64,000 nt of DNA from the NCBI GenBank assembly GCA_047495785.1, contig JBLDXI010000028.1, positions 1,178,001-1,242,000 of the forward strand. Direction: 5' to 3'. Position 1 is the stretch's first letter. Each line of letters begins with the position of its first letter. A model generated the notes under the pieces. It saw only the letters and a program-made list of their open reading frames with translations, had not been told where the DNA came from and did not search any database. Source of the stretch: Lepidodermella squamata (lineage: Eukaryota; Animalia; Gastrotricha). Below are positions 1-11,593 of this stretch, piece after piece. The translations under genes and the position numbers were made by a program.

Positions 1-843
1 TGAAATCACAGGTGCATAGAGAAAAACCTCTACACCCACTTGACCGCGCGCGGTGGCTAGAGAGCCATTAATTGCGCGCCAAGGAGTTAATAATCTGTCC
101 GGTGCCGCTGATCAATGTCATCAGTTCAAGAGTCGAGGCCTTGAAGATAGGGCTGAAAGCGCAGGCCGATTTCCAGTGTGCAAACCGAAAGCAACATCAA
201 TAGGATTAAGACGGTCGCGAGTTAGGCGCTACACCACCGCTACCTTTCGCTACCATTCGCTCGCGTTCATTAACACCACTAATCAATATTCTCGAGCCGG
301 TCTTCAATAACCTATTACCGCCCGGCTTCCTGCCTTGAACTCGTGCACCCATTGCTTGATTTTCACCTGGAGATCAGTGTTTCCCTCGTGACCCGCAGAA
401 TGCACCATGACGGCTATGATTGCACCCGCAGCGCCAGAGTCGGAGCGGAAAAAAAAACAAAGAAAACGTAACCGCCAATCGTCGACTTCAAAGCCGGCTG
501 CTCAACTTCCGGTGCCCTACTCAGGAGCGTCCGCTTGTTTCCAACTGGGGTGACTGTAGGCAGTGGGGTCACTTTGACACTTGGAGGAATAGTAATTCCT
601 AATTTCTATTCCCTATTCCCTCAATTCCTATACTCTTTATTCCTATTCCTACAATCACTATTTTCTATTCCTGTAGGCTTTGACATGCCAAAAATCGAAT
701 ATGGTAAGGTAAAGACCTCGCGAAAGGAGTACCGTGTTGGATCGCCTGGAGGATGGGCAATATAATAATGACATATATGATTTCATATTCAATTAGTCGG
801 TTTCGGTTTAGCCGTCACCGAAGTTTCAATTAATATTAATATA

Positions 844-911
844 CCGTATTTTTCGAATAAGGGCCGCGGCGACTATTTTCCTGATTTTTGAAAAAGGCCT
901 AAAAACGCGGC
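844..911 (+). mobile_element. Truncated Tc2/pogo-like DNA transposon terminus
   Basis: TA|CCGTATTTTTCGAATAAG start resembles the TA|CCGTA termini of the other MITEs here; no partner terminus seen; abuts the RT fragment. Confidence 0.4.
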
Positions 912-1789
912 GCTTTCGCGGATGATGGAACTTTAATAGGTATGAGTCATGAAGAAATTAAATTATTATTGGATGTTTTCAATAAGGCATGTACGGAGCT
1001 AGGCTTGAAAATCAGCATTAGTAAAACACAATACATGGTGATCGGTGAGGATAGAAACTACCAACTTGAATTAGACGGCAAGCTTTTGGAAAAAGTGACG
1101 TCTTTCAAATATTTAGTAAGCATCATCACTTCTGACGGGAAAATGGACGAGGAGATCAAGGCACGCATAGCGAAAGCTGGCGGCTGCTTTGGTGCCCTCA
1201 ATAAACTTATGTGTAATAGAAAACACGTGAGCTTAGCTACGAAATTGAAAGTCCTTAAATGCGTTGTTATTCCTACCGTCACCTATGCCTGCGAAACCTG
1301 GAACCTGACCACCCAACAAGAGCAAAGGTTAAATGTCACCTTTATGCGATGGCTTAGAACAATTATGGGTCTGTTTAGGACAGATTATATTCCTAATGTT
1401 GATATTAGACTGATCTGCGACGTAATGGAATTGAGTAAATTGATTGAAAAATTTCGTCTGAAATATTTTGGCCATATAATTCGACAGGACGAATATGACC
1501 CTGAAAGTCTCACGAGTATTATGTATTATTGGAAAGCAGTCGACCCGAGTTGGTACTTGCCTCGCGGCAGGCCGCCAACCCGATGGTCTGACTGCCTCCG
1601 AAGAAGCCTTCTAAAAATCGGAATTTTTTATATACATGAAAAACGTATCAGGGATCCTAATGAACCTAAAAAACGAGGGCGACCCCGTAAATCAACCTTA
1701 TTGATGCGACGCATCGAAATTCACAAAATTGCGGATTTAGAATTGGCGGAAGTAACAGCTAGAAGCTAGAGACCGGGAAGAATGGCAAC
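912..1789 (+). mobile_element. RTE-like non-LTR retrotransposon, RT C-terminal fragment
   Basis: In-frame AFADDGTLIG at 912 precedes ORF 942-1769 (GLKISISKTQYM, FKYL, TYACETW, RLKYFGHI, PRGRPPTRW); interrupted by a MITE at 1790. Confidence 0.9.
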
Positions 1790-1791
1790 TA

Positions 1792-2834
1792 CCGTAAATT
1801 GGGGCAAAATGGCCGCGGGAAAAAAATGACCCCCTGTTTTTTTCGCATTTTTACACGTTTCAGAGGGTCCTGATTCCGATTTTATAGGAAGCTCATTTTG
1901 CCCCAGGTTTGGGGCAAATTGGACAGGTGTTTTGGGGCTAATTGGCCACCCTTATCCTTATAATGGGTTTTTAATATTTGATGATTGTGAGGGTTGAATG
2001 GTCGAGTGGTTGTGATGCGTCATCAGAACTTGAGTGATCTGATGAGCGACGGTTCGAATCCTCATAAAGTAGCATTTTTTTGCTACGCATTTAATTTTTA
2101 ATTTTTTGGTTTCAATTGTCCATTTTACTAATAATTTTTAATTAGTTTCTCCGTTTTTTCTGATAGTTTTACTGCTGAGCAACTTTTAAACGCCTCCCGA
2201 ACAAAAGAAATGCCCGGGATACGTGGTGTTAGTAGAATAATTAAAATGGAAAATTAACAGAAAAAATTAAAAAATTAAATGCGTAGCAAAAAAAATGCTA
2301 CTTTATGAGGATTCGAACCGTCGCTCATCAGATCACTCGCAAGCTCTGATGACGCATCACAACCACTCGACCATTCAACCCTCACAATCATCAAATATTA
2401 AAAACCCATTATAAGGATAAGGGTGGCCAATTAGCCCCCATCATTGAGTTTTCCATGGGGTAATTTGGCCACAATCACCTAGCCATACCTGTGCATCGCC
2501 TGGGGTCGCGGTTTTTTTTGCTGTCATCTACGACGAAAATGGTCGAAGGAAAAAATTTCATCTGAACATCAAACCTCGTGATTGGCTCCAGGTAATTCAA
2601 TTTAGAGGAGTCGTTTTTACCTCCCCAAACTCACCTTTAAACAACAACATGCTGTGACCTCATTCCGGGACATACCTGGCTGGAAATTTACAGGCTTGTA
2701 AAAGGCTTGTTGATAATCGTCCCCGTAAATTTTTGTGAAGTTTTATCTTGTAGTTTTTGAGCTATCGATAAAAATGTGAAAACCTCAATTTTTGGCCAAT
2801 TAGCCCCAAAGGTTCATTTTGCCCCAAATGACGG
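1792..2834 (+). mobile_element. Non-autonomous Tc2/pogo-like DNA transposon (family A, copy 1) with internal palindrome
   Basis: TIRs CCGTAAATTGGGGCAAAATG / CATTTTGCCCCAAATGACGG; TA on both sides; second copy at 22107-23144. Confidence 0.9.
1991..2081 (+). ncRNA. tRNA-like Pol III unit (left arm of palindrome); mirror copy on minus strand at about 2288-2381
   Basis: A box TGGTCGAGTGG 1999-2009, CATCAGA/TCTGATG stem, B box GGTTCGAATCC 2051-2061, T7 run 2075-2081; no clean acceptor stem, so not a functional tRNA. Confidence 0.6.
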
Positions 2835-3498
2835 TACTATGTAACAGTATAGAAAATTATGAATTCATGGGAAAAAGCAGATTGTTCGCGACTGTTCCTG
2901 AAGCTGAACTCTCGTCGTCAGCCGTCCCCTAAACCCTCACGGGTAAGGCTTGTATATATATTACCATCACTTTTAGCCGAAGGTGGACGTAAAATAAAAC
3001 ATTTTCATTTGTTCATTTGTTCATTCATTTGTTCAACGCGGCGATTATTCGGGTGCGGTCTTTATTTCGCTAGGTTTTCATCTGATCTTTATAAATTTAA
3101 ATGCAATTTCAGACATGCTCATGTCAAAATAAAGATTCAACAAGCTAAGCTTATTTGACAAACAAATCTAAAATGAAAAACACAAATGTTGTCAATGGCA
3201 GAATTAATGAAAGGATTTGTGAAAGGTTGTCCACGTCGTTGTCCGTTTCTCTGTGAAGAAATCACGCGATTTCGAACGAGATGTTTACGACTTTGAAGCC
3301 GCTTAAACGCTGCGCTACTCAACACCACGGAAATTGTTAAGACGCAAAGGTTTAGGCACTAGCCCATGATTTTGGACGAGAATAACAAGTCACGTAAACA
3401 GCTTGATTCGCCATGTACATCATCACGTACAACAAATTTCATTTATCAAACTTTATTTTTAATTTAACTTTATTTTCAGCTGAATTCCTCACCCCATA

Positions 3499-6400
3499 AT
3501 GAAATTGTACAACGCTTTCGAATCGCTCTTACTTCTTGTCGCCGTATTTTTGGTGGGTGGCGTGGCCGGTGAAGATTTCATACGATGTTTCTCCCAATTC
3601 GACAGCAACTTCGTGGATTGTCGCACGCTCACCGCTGGTTGTGCTACAACGACAGAGTACCGGGTTGGGGCTTCTTATTTTTATAATAATCGATATCTAA
3701 AGAAATCGATCTTCCAGATTGGAGGCACCAAGTTTACGAGCTATCAATTGTGCATGCAAGGGGTGAGTTATTGGTGGAGAAAAACCTCAATATCTGAAGT
3801 TTGAAATTTCGCAATTCCAGACAGCAAGGCTGGCTTACAAGTACAAGGCTCTGACTCCCATTTGCCGGCCTGGCATTATTCCTCTACCTAGTGACGAAAT
3901 TGAGGTAATTTATGATTCGGAGGAACATCTTTATTTTTGAGGATTCATCCCCAAATGTCAAGCCTAATTATTTTTCACTTGAAAATCACATTTTGATAAA
4001 GTATAATAATATAATAATAGTTTTATTTTGCCTCTTCGAGACTGAGCGTCGTGTACCGTTTCCGGTTTTGAAGAGGGCGAAGGCAGGCGAAGAATGAACC
4101 TCACCCACCCCCACAGTCGAGGATTCTGCTTTTTGTATAGAATTCATAATTTTCAATCCTAATTCTTCGCATGCCATGTCAAAAATTTCTAGAAGGCGCT
4201 TAATTTCGTCATGGTTCATGCCTAGGAGAGTTCCATCATCGGCGAAAGCTAATAAATTTAGATAATCACCGTTGTTCATAGGGAAACCAAATTTTGTGTC
4301 GTATAATTTTTCGCAAATGTTGTTAAAAGTAGCAATGAAAAGCAGAGGGGACAGCGGGCAGCCTTGCCTTAGACCACTAGTTACATAGAAAAAATCGGAG
4401 ACCTCAGAATCCACTTTTACCGCAACTTTATTTACTTTATATAGACTCTTAATCGCGTCAATAAGGCTAGTTTCAACACCATTCAACACCCATTCAACCC
4501 CTTCAACACCCAAGGCTGTCCAAACCTTTTCCCTATCAACCAGATCATAGGCTTTTTCGAGGTCAATGAAGACAAGATGAAGTTCTTTGCGAAAGAAAAT
4601 AATTTTTTCAATTATTTGTCTAAGAACAAAAATACAATCACGGGTGCCTTTAAGAGGCTGAAATCCGAATTGTAATTTGGAGATTTTCGATCCAATCAAA
4701 GACTTTAGTTTTCTTTCGAGGATAACAGCATAAAGTTTACCTACAACAGAAAGCAGACTGATGCCTCGATAGTTTTGACACTTGGATTTTTCACCCTTAT
4801 TTTTATAAATCGGAGTAATAAGGGCGGTGGACCATTCCTCGGGGACCTTCTTTTCCCGCCAGGCTTGATTTAAAATTTCACCTAACCATTTGCTTCTGAC
4901 AAAGCTTTGATCATCTCAGGTCTAATTTCGTCAATACCCGGGGCCTTCCCATTTTTCATGTGATCAATAGCTCCCTCAATTTCGGCCTGGGTAATTTCGG
5001 TGAGATTAGTTAAATCGGGTGGTTCGGGTTCAGGATCGGGGTCATGAGGTTGGTTCTCTAGTCCCTCTAAGAGCTCCATGAAATAACTTTTCATCACTTC
5101 CAAGATTTCGTCAATACTGTCCGTTAGCGAGCCATCCGATTTTTCTAGTGGGTCTGGTTCACCTTTACTTCTTCCTTCGCCTCGGATTCGTTTGATTTCA
5201 TGCCAAAAATTTTTGATGTTATCGTAATCAAAGGGATTTTCCAGAAGTTTATCTAATTCGGCAAATTCGTTCTGGTCTTTCAAGAGTTTCACTCGCTCTA
5301 GAGCATGGTTTTTCTGGTTCCTATTTCGCGTGAATTCCTCTCTTGAAATACGGCCCTTGGTATAATTTTTACAATTTTCCTTGCCTTTTTGAATGATTTC
5401 ATTGGCTAATGGGGACCACCACGGGGGTTTTTCACTGACCGTGCCAACTTTCCTTTCACCGCAGGTTTCCCTAGCGGTGTCAAGAAGATTAGACTTGGTA
5501 GTAGACCAGTTTTCTTCAATAGATTTTGGCTCGTTCGACAAAATTTGAGTGTTAACAGTTGAATTTTCATTGAATTTTCCAGCGTATTCTTCTTTTCGCA
5601 ATAAATGGTGCTTGATCGACTTTTTAATAATTTCTTTCTTTCGATTGAAATTTGGGCAGTCGATGACGCCTCTGACCAGCCTATGATCTGATTCAAGAAT
5701 GGGTGTTTCTTCAATGTCGCAGAATGAAAATTTGTCTTTAAAGTTCTTATCAATCAAGATATAATCGAGAAATGATCTTTTTCGTCTGGCCCCGTTGCCC
5801 CTCTGCCATGTGTAACCGGTATTTGGAAAGTACCGTAACGTGTGGTGATTGTGGACACGGTAACTTTGGACACTTTCGGCTTTGCAGGTGTTTAGCTTTT
5901 CAGGCTTGAATGTTTAAATCATGGGGGTTTTCACATAAAATTCTCCGTCTCTTCAGCTTTCGTTTGACATAAAAATCAAGACGATTGGAGCTGAAATCGA
6001 ATTTCAGAAAAAGTTGCAAGCAGTTAGACTTTGGGTGCCGTTTTGGGACCCCCCTTCTATCTTTCTAAAAATCGAACAGTTTTCAATAAAAATTGGCATG
6101 AGCATTCACCTATATTTACTCTCCCTATAATCGAAGAAAAAATGACAATCCGTCGACGCGTTTTAGCAGGACATTTACCTGAAAAACAGGTGAAAATTGG
6201 GGTAATTTTGGACACTTTTGGACGGGTTAAGTATGCTGCTGCGCAGAAACGTAGTTTTATTGAACTTCTGAGAAACAGATGATGCGCCATCTGTTCATAA
6301 TTTTTTTCGATATCTGACCCAAGATTAAATGAAAAACCATGAATAACAGATAATTCACAATGAAATTGCAATGAAATTGCATATGCAAATGAGTGTCCAA

Positions 6401-9400
6401 AGCTACCCTCTAATTGTCCAAAGTTACCGGAACACATATTAATTAGCCAAAGGTCAGGTAAAATTCTAAAAATTTCTAGAATTTGCAGTAAATTCAAGAA
6501 TCACCGTCCCCACCTTTGGTAAAAAATTCAGAAATTTAGGAGCAAAGCCTGATTTTTAATGTTCGAAAAACACGTTTTGTCCAAAGTTACCACTCGTTAC
6601 GGTATGTATTAATAAAGCATAAATTGTTACTGTTCGCAAATTCTATCCACAAATCGCCTTTATCGTTGCCAATTTTGTCACCATAAGGTTTAAATAATAC
6701 TGTTTTTGAGCTCTCTGTGCTAAAAATACGTCCATTCAGATCGCCCATTATTATAGTAAAACCCTTTTTCGCACTTATCCTAGCGTACTCTTGTTGTAAG
6801 ACATGGAGAAAAGCGTCTAATGTTTTAGTACAAGTAGTAGCCGGTGCGTACACAGAAATAATATTGTAAACTTCGCGATTGACTTTAAGCCTCACAGAAA
6901 TAATACGTTCATTTAAGGGATTGACATCAATAATAGTGATGTTTTTAGAGCGACGAACATAAACAGCTGCCCCAGCCTGGGCTCTACCATCATTTACGCC
7001 ACTATAAAACAGAGTACCGTGCCTTAGATTTAATTTGCCTCGTCCTTTAAAGCAATGTTCTTGCACAGCGACTGCATCATATTTACAAAATTCGAAATCG
7101 GCTTCTTCTTCCTTTTCATTCAAGGTGGCAATGTTAAGGGTACAAATTTTAAATGGGACAAATGAATTTTCAGTAATTTTTGATTCGCGCAAAATTGTTG
7201 ATCCCTTACTTTTTCGTCGATTTTTTCGTCTTTTCCTCTTCGCCTTGCCTTCGCCCTTCCCAGTCTTCTCATCCGGAAAAAAATTATCAATGTTGTTCAA
7301 TTCATCAAATTTGTTATTGAGCAGAATCGGTTTCGGGAGTGGGTGATATCGTGACTAGTAATAGAACGGCATCCGGTGCTGCTGCGGGTGGCCGCCGTAG
7401 CCGTAGCCGTTGTTGTTGCGGTTGAAGTTGAAAGTGCCGTGTTGGTTGTTGCGGTAATCGTTGTTGCTGTTGAAGTTGTTGAAACCGCCGCGATTTCGAG
7501 GCGGCCCGCGGTATTGCTGTTGGTAAAACCCGTTGTTGTTGTTGTTATTCACACATTGCTTCCCGATGTGGCCGTAGCCTGGTATTCTATAGTGTTTAGT
7601 CTATTTTCTTGGGCTATCGATATGTTCCACGATTCGCAGGCGTAAATGATGGTAGGTATTATAACACATGTCAGTACCTTAAGTTTTGTAGCTATGGAAA
7701 CCTGACTTTTGTTGCACATGAATTTATTCATGGCGCCGAAAACACTGCCTGCCTTAGAAATTCTGTAGCTTAGTTCCTCATCGATTTTGCCGTCACTAGT
7801 AATAATACTCCCTAAATATTTAAATTTGGTCACTTTTTCAAGTTTCTTCCCGTTTAATTCCAATTCGTAATTTTGAGTGGCTGACTCGTCTCTAGATATA
7901 ATCATATATTGAGTTTTTGCCGCGTTAATTTTCAGACCCAATTCGGTGCAAGCCAAATCGAAAATGTGAAGTAGTCGTGAAATTTCGTCGTGGTTCATGC
8001 CTAAAAGTGTTCCGTCGTCAGCAAACGCTAGTAAATTTAGGAAATCAGTCTCGCTCATAGCGGTCTCGCTGTTTGCCGTTTCGCTAATAGGAAAGCCTAA
8101 TTTTTCAGCAGATATTTTTTCGCAAATTTTGTTGAAGGTCGCTATGAATAGCAAAGGAGACAACGGGCAACCCTGTCTTAGTCCCCTGGTAACATAGAAG
8201 AAATCTGAGAGCTCAGAATCGACTCTAACAGCAACTTTATTTACTTTATATAGACTTTGAATAGCTTCAATTAAGCTGGGTTCTACACCCATATTTTGGG
8301 GGGCGGCCCATACTTTTTCCCTGTCCACCAGATCATAGGCTTTTTCGAGATCGATGAAGACTAGGTGGAGTTCCTTCTTAAAGAATATAATTTTCTCAAT
8401 AATTTGTCGGAGAACGTAAATGCAGTCTCTGGTGCCCTTGAGGGGTTGAAAACCAAGTTGCAGTTTAGAAATTTTTGACCCAATTAATGCTCTCAATTTT
8501 CGTTCGAGAATAATGGCATAGAGTTTTCCTACAACACTTAAGAGGCTGATGCCTCTGTAATTTTGGCATTTTGATTTCTCACCTTTATTTTTATAAATTG
8601 GGGTAATTATAGCCGTTGACCATTCTTCTGGGACCCTCTTATCTATCCAAGCTCGATTCAAAATTTCCCTGAGCCATTCAATATTGGCCTCGCTCAGAGC
8701 TTTGATCATTTCGGGTCTTACTTCATCTATACCCGGGGCTTTACCGTTTTTCATGTGGTCGATGGCATTTTTAATTTCGGTGAGAGTAATTTCCGTTAAA
8801 TTTGGATTTTTATCTAATAGAATTTCATCGTCGGGGTTATTGGGTTCCTTTTCAAGTCCTTGTAAAAGATCAATGAAATACGTTTTCATTACTTCTCTGA
8901 TTACTTCATTACTACTGATAAAGTAAAAATCTATATTAAATTCAAAATTGAATTCTACTTTTTGGTTATTCTGATATGTTCATAGATAAAAAGGTTCAAC
9001 TCTGCGTCAGTATTTTTACGCCAGAATTTGGCTTTATGCCAGCAGGCAATTGACAGTTTTTCGGTGAGTGATAGTTCTCGGCTGCATAATAGGTTTTGTA
9101 TCTTATGTTGACGTCTTTGCAGAGTCAAAGCTTCACCCGATGCTCGACTGGCAGTGGAATCGTTACCTGCGTACCCTCGGTGGCCACCTGCCCTACCAAT
9201 ACCGTATGTAATTCTGAGAGATTTCCGTTCCGTTTTATCGCCGCTCTTTTACAGTCGTCCCAGTCTGGCTTCCAAAACTTGCAGTCATGCCTCAATGGGA
9301 TGAGTTGGTTATCGGAGATAACTGCTTTGGTGATATTTAATTTCTATGTTTTAAAGTGCAAGTTCCAAATGATTTCAAGCCGCATGTTCGCTGTTTCAAC

Positions 9401-11272
9401 CAGGACTCGCGTGATTTCGTAGCATGCCGGCTTGATTCGACGAAATGCTCCACGAATGAAACCACCACGTATTCTCTGCTCACTTATCGCTTCAAGGAGA
9501 ACTGCGAAGCGGGAGTAAGATTTTCTCTACTTTCCTCGAATAATCACAAATTATTACACTGTTCCAGCAAGCTGTTCAATGCGACAATTCTGGAAATATC
9601 ACTTGCTACAACAATTGCCCCAAGGGAACAAACATGGTGGGTGAACTCAATAATTGCTTGAAAATTAACAAATTGATGCACCTGATAGGTCAAATTGTTC
9701 AATAATGCTACGAAATTTGCGGAAAATTATGCCAGCTGCTTAGTTGATTTGAAGGTCTGTTTATATGTAATATGAATGATTCTGTGAATGAAAATTCGAA
9801 AATTCATTCGAAAATTCGAAAATTGATATAATTGAGTCGCCCATTCGTTGAATGGATGGGCCGAAGCCATGGGTTCCGAATGAGCGGAACTACTGTGTGC
9901 CCCGTGTGATTGTTTCTATAATTTCATGTTTCAGGGGCAATCTCGTTGTCAAAATGGGGGAACATTCAACGAGACGATTGGTTCATGTAGCTGCCCATCT
10001 ACCTATATTGGCAGTTCTTGCGAGAAAGGCATGTTTCATCTTTTTTTTATCCAGCTCGATTCAATCTCGACTCGACTGAGGATACACTCGTGGAAGGTGC
10101 CATCGCAGCTAATTGCTAAATAATTCGCATAAGATTGCATTTTTCGACTTTCAGCTCGAGATCAATATATGTCTATTGTCAATATATTACTCGGGCATTA
10201 CATCAATGAAAATTTCAACTGGCGAAATTCATAAAAATCTGTTATTTTCAAACTGAAGATGGCACCTTTCATCAGACCACTCACGCTAAATATTTTTCCC
10301 TTGCTGCCAACAAGCCTTTTTTGGTGATAATGAAGTAGAGAGACTGAATTGCTTTTTATTTTACAAAATTAAAAATAGTACCGAACTATTGTAATATATT
10401 ATATTTTAGCGCGTTACTATTTATCGCCGGTGAGATCCGTCTACCACATGTCTGCTGGAAGCTGCCAGAAACCCGGCAGCCGCGTCGCCGCAATTTTGAA
10501 CGAAGCAGATGTAGCGACTGCAAGGAGTCTCATCGGAGACAGAGCCTTTATCGGCATGACTTCCATTTGGCGATGGTCTGACGGAGTACTCGTGGATTTT
10601 CTTTCACCACTGTGGCAGCCGGAAAGGCCTGGAGGCCTGGGGCCCTGTAAAATTGCCGTGAATTAATGTTAAATGTCGCTCAAACTTAGCCGTTTAGGTA
10701 TGATGGTCACTGTGGATGGTCTTTGTGAAGAATGGTGCGCAAACGCAAAAGACTTAGTACTATGCCAGAACGAGACGACGGTAAATCCTTGAAAATCTTA
10801 GAAAACCTGTTTTATTTCGTATATTAATTCTGATTCCTTTTCTTCAGAATACCCTGTCATTTTACGTCAATAATGGCACTCATGATGCCCAGGCTGCATT
10901 CTGTGCTTCTAAAGGTCTTAGGCTGCCTATCATAAGGGAGCAGGCTGTGTTGGATGACGCGAAAAATCTCTTCAACAGCTACGCGGGAAATTTGACTAAA
11001 GCGGCGTATATTGGAGGCTCATGGTCTGGTTCAAGGCAAGTGATCACGTCGAACGGTCAGATTTTCGACACGCCACCAGCCTATTTTACGAGTTGGCATC
11101 CTTCCTACCTCTTTCCCGGTGATATACGTCACTGTAAGTTAACTTCTGAAAAATGGATAAACTAGTATGTATTGATTAACGTCATGCAGGTGTAATTATG
11201 GATGCTGACGGCAAAGCCATAGTTTACCTTTGCGATGTGGCGTGCGATGCCTTGTGCGAGAATTTGCCATAG
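3499..11272 (+). CDS. Secreted protein: signal peptide, three four-Cys repeats, EGF, two C-type lectin-like domains
   Basis: Phase-consistent exons 3499-3663, 3718-3762, 3821-3904, 9123-9203, 9255-9303, 9357-9514, 9568-9636, 9935-10028, 10410-10646, 10698-10780, 10848-11133, 11190-11272; EGF CQNGGT..CSCPSTYIGSSCE; CTLD motifs AFIG..WRWSDG..WQPERP and AYIGG..FTSWHP. Confidence 0.75.
4148..7585 (-). mobile_element. RTE-like LINE: ORF1 3' end plus ORF2 (APE endonuclease and RT), truncated, split by a MITE
   Basis: TLNIATL, VQE, VYAP, MGDLN, YTW, LDYILID, SDH endonuclease motifs; NYRGISLLS, FIDLEKAYD, GLRQGCPLSPLLF, FADD RT motifs; frameshift near 4885; removing 5833-6602 and one TA restores NTY-FPNTGYTW. 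Confidence 0.93.
5833..6602. mobile_element. Tc2/pogo-like MITE (family B) inserted in the LINE endonuclease
   Basis: TIRs CCGTAACGTGTGGTGATTGTGGACA / TGTCCAAAGTTACCACTCGTTACGG; TA duplication; internal GGTAA(C/T)TTTGGACAC repeats. Confidence 0.9.
7590..8920 (-). mobile_element. Further RTE-like RT fragment fused upstream of the previous element
   Basis: ORF 7549-8889 with full RT core (KAPGIDE, YRGISLLS, DLEKAYD, QGCPLSP, FADD, YLGS); homology stops after ENRLN. Confidence 0.93.
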
Positions 11273-11593
11273 GTGACAATGGCACTTTTCATTTCGTGAC
11301 TGTTAATTCTAGTATAGCAGATTAATACTAGTATAAAACATGCGACAACCCAACTCGTGTAGCATAATGATTACGCAATTAATATCCTTCCTAACTGCCT
11401 TAAAATAAATACATAAAATAATTTGATCTAAGAAGCTAGATAAGTCTAAACGATAAACGTTGATGAACAAATTGTGAAATAAACAGAGATCCGTTTTCAT
11501 ATGATTTATTTTTCAATTAATTATTTATTTCCAAACTGCAAGCACTTCACACAACTCAAGACTTTGTTATTACAGTTTTGCACCCATCAACAA

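Noticed and set aside
1-790. Short ORFs and a TATTCC-like low-complexity tract (about 590-675)
   Set aside because: No recognisable motif; stops in the plausible frames
2039-2061. CTGATGA...GAA as a hammerhead ribozyme core
   Set aside because: No GAAA or convincing stem II; better explained by the hairpin and B box
1991-2075. Bona fide tRNA gene
   Set aside because: No pairing acceptor stem, oversize anticodon arm, and located inside a transposon
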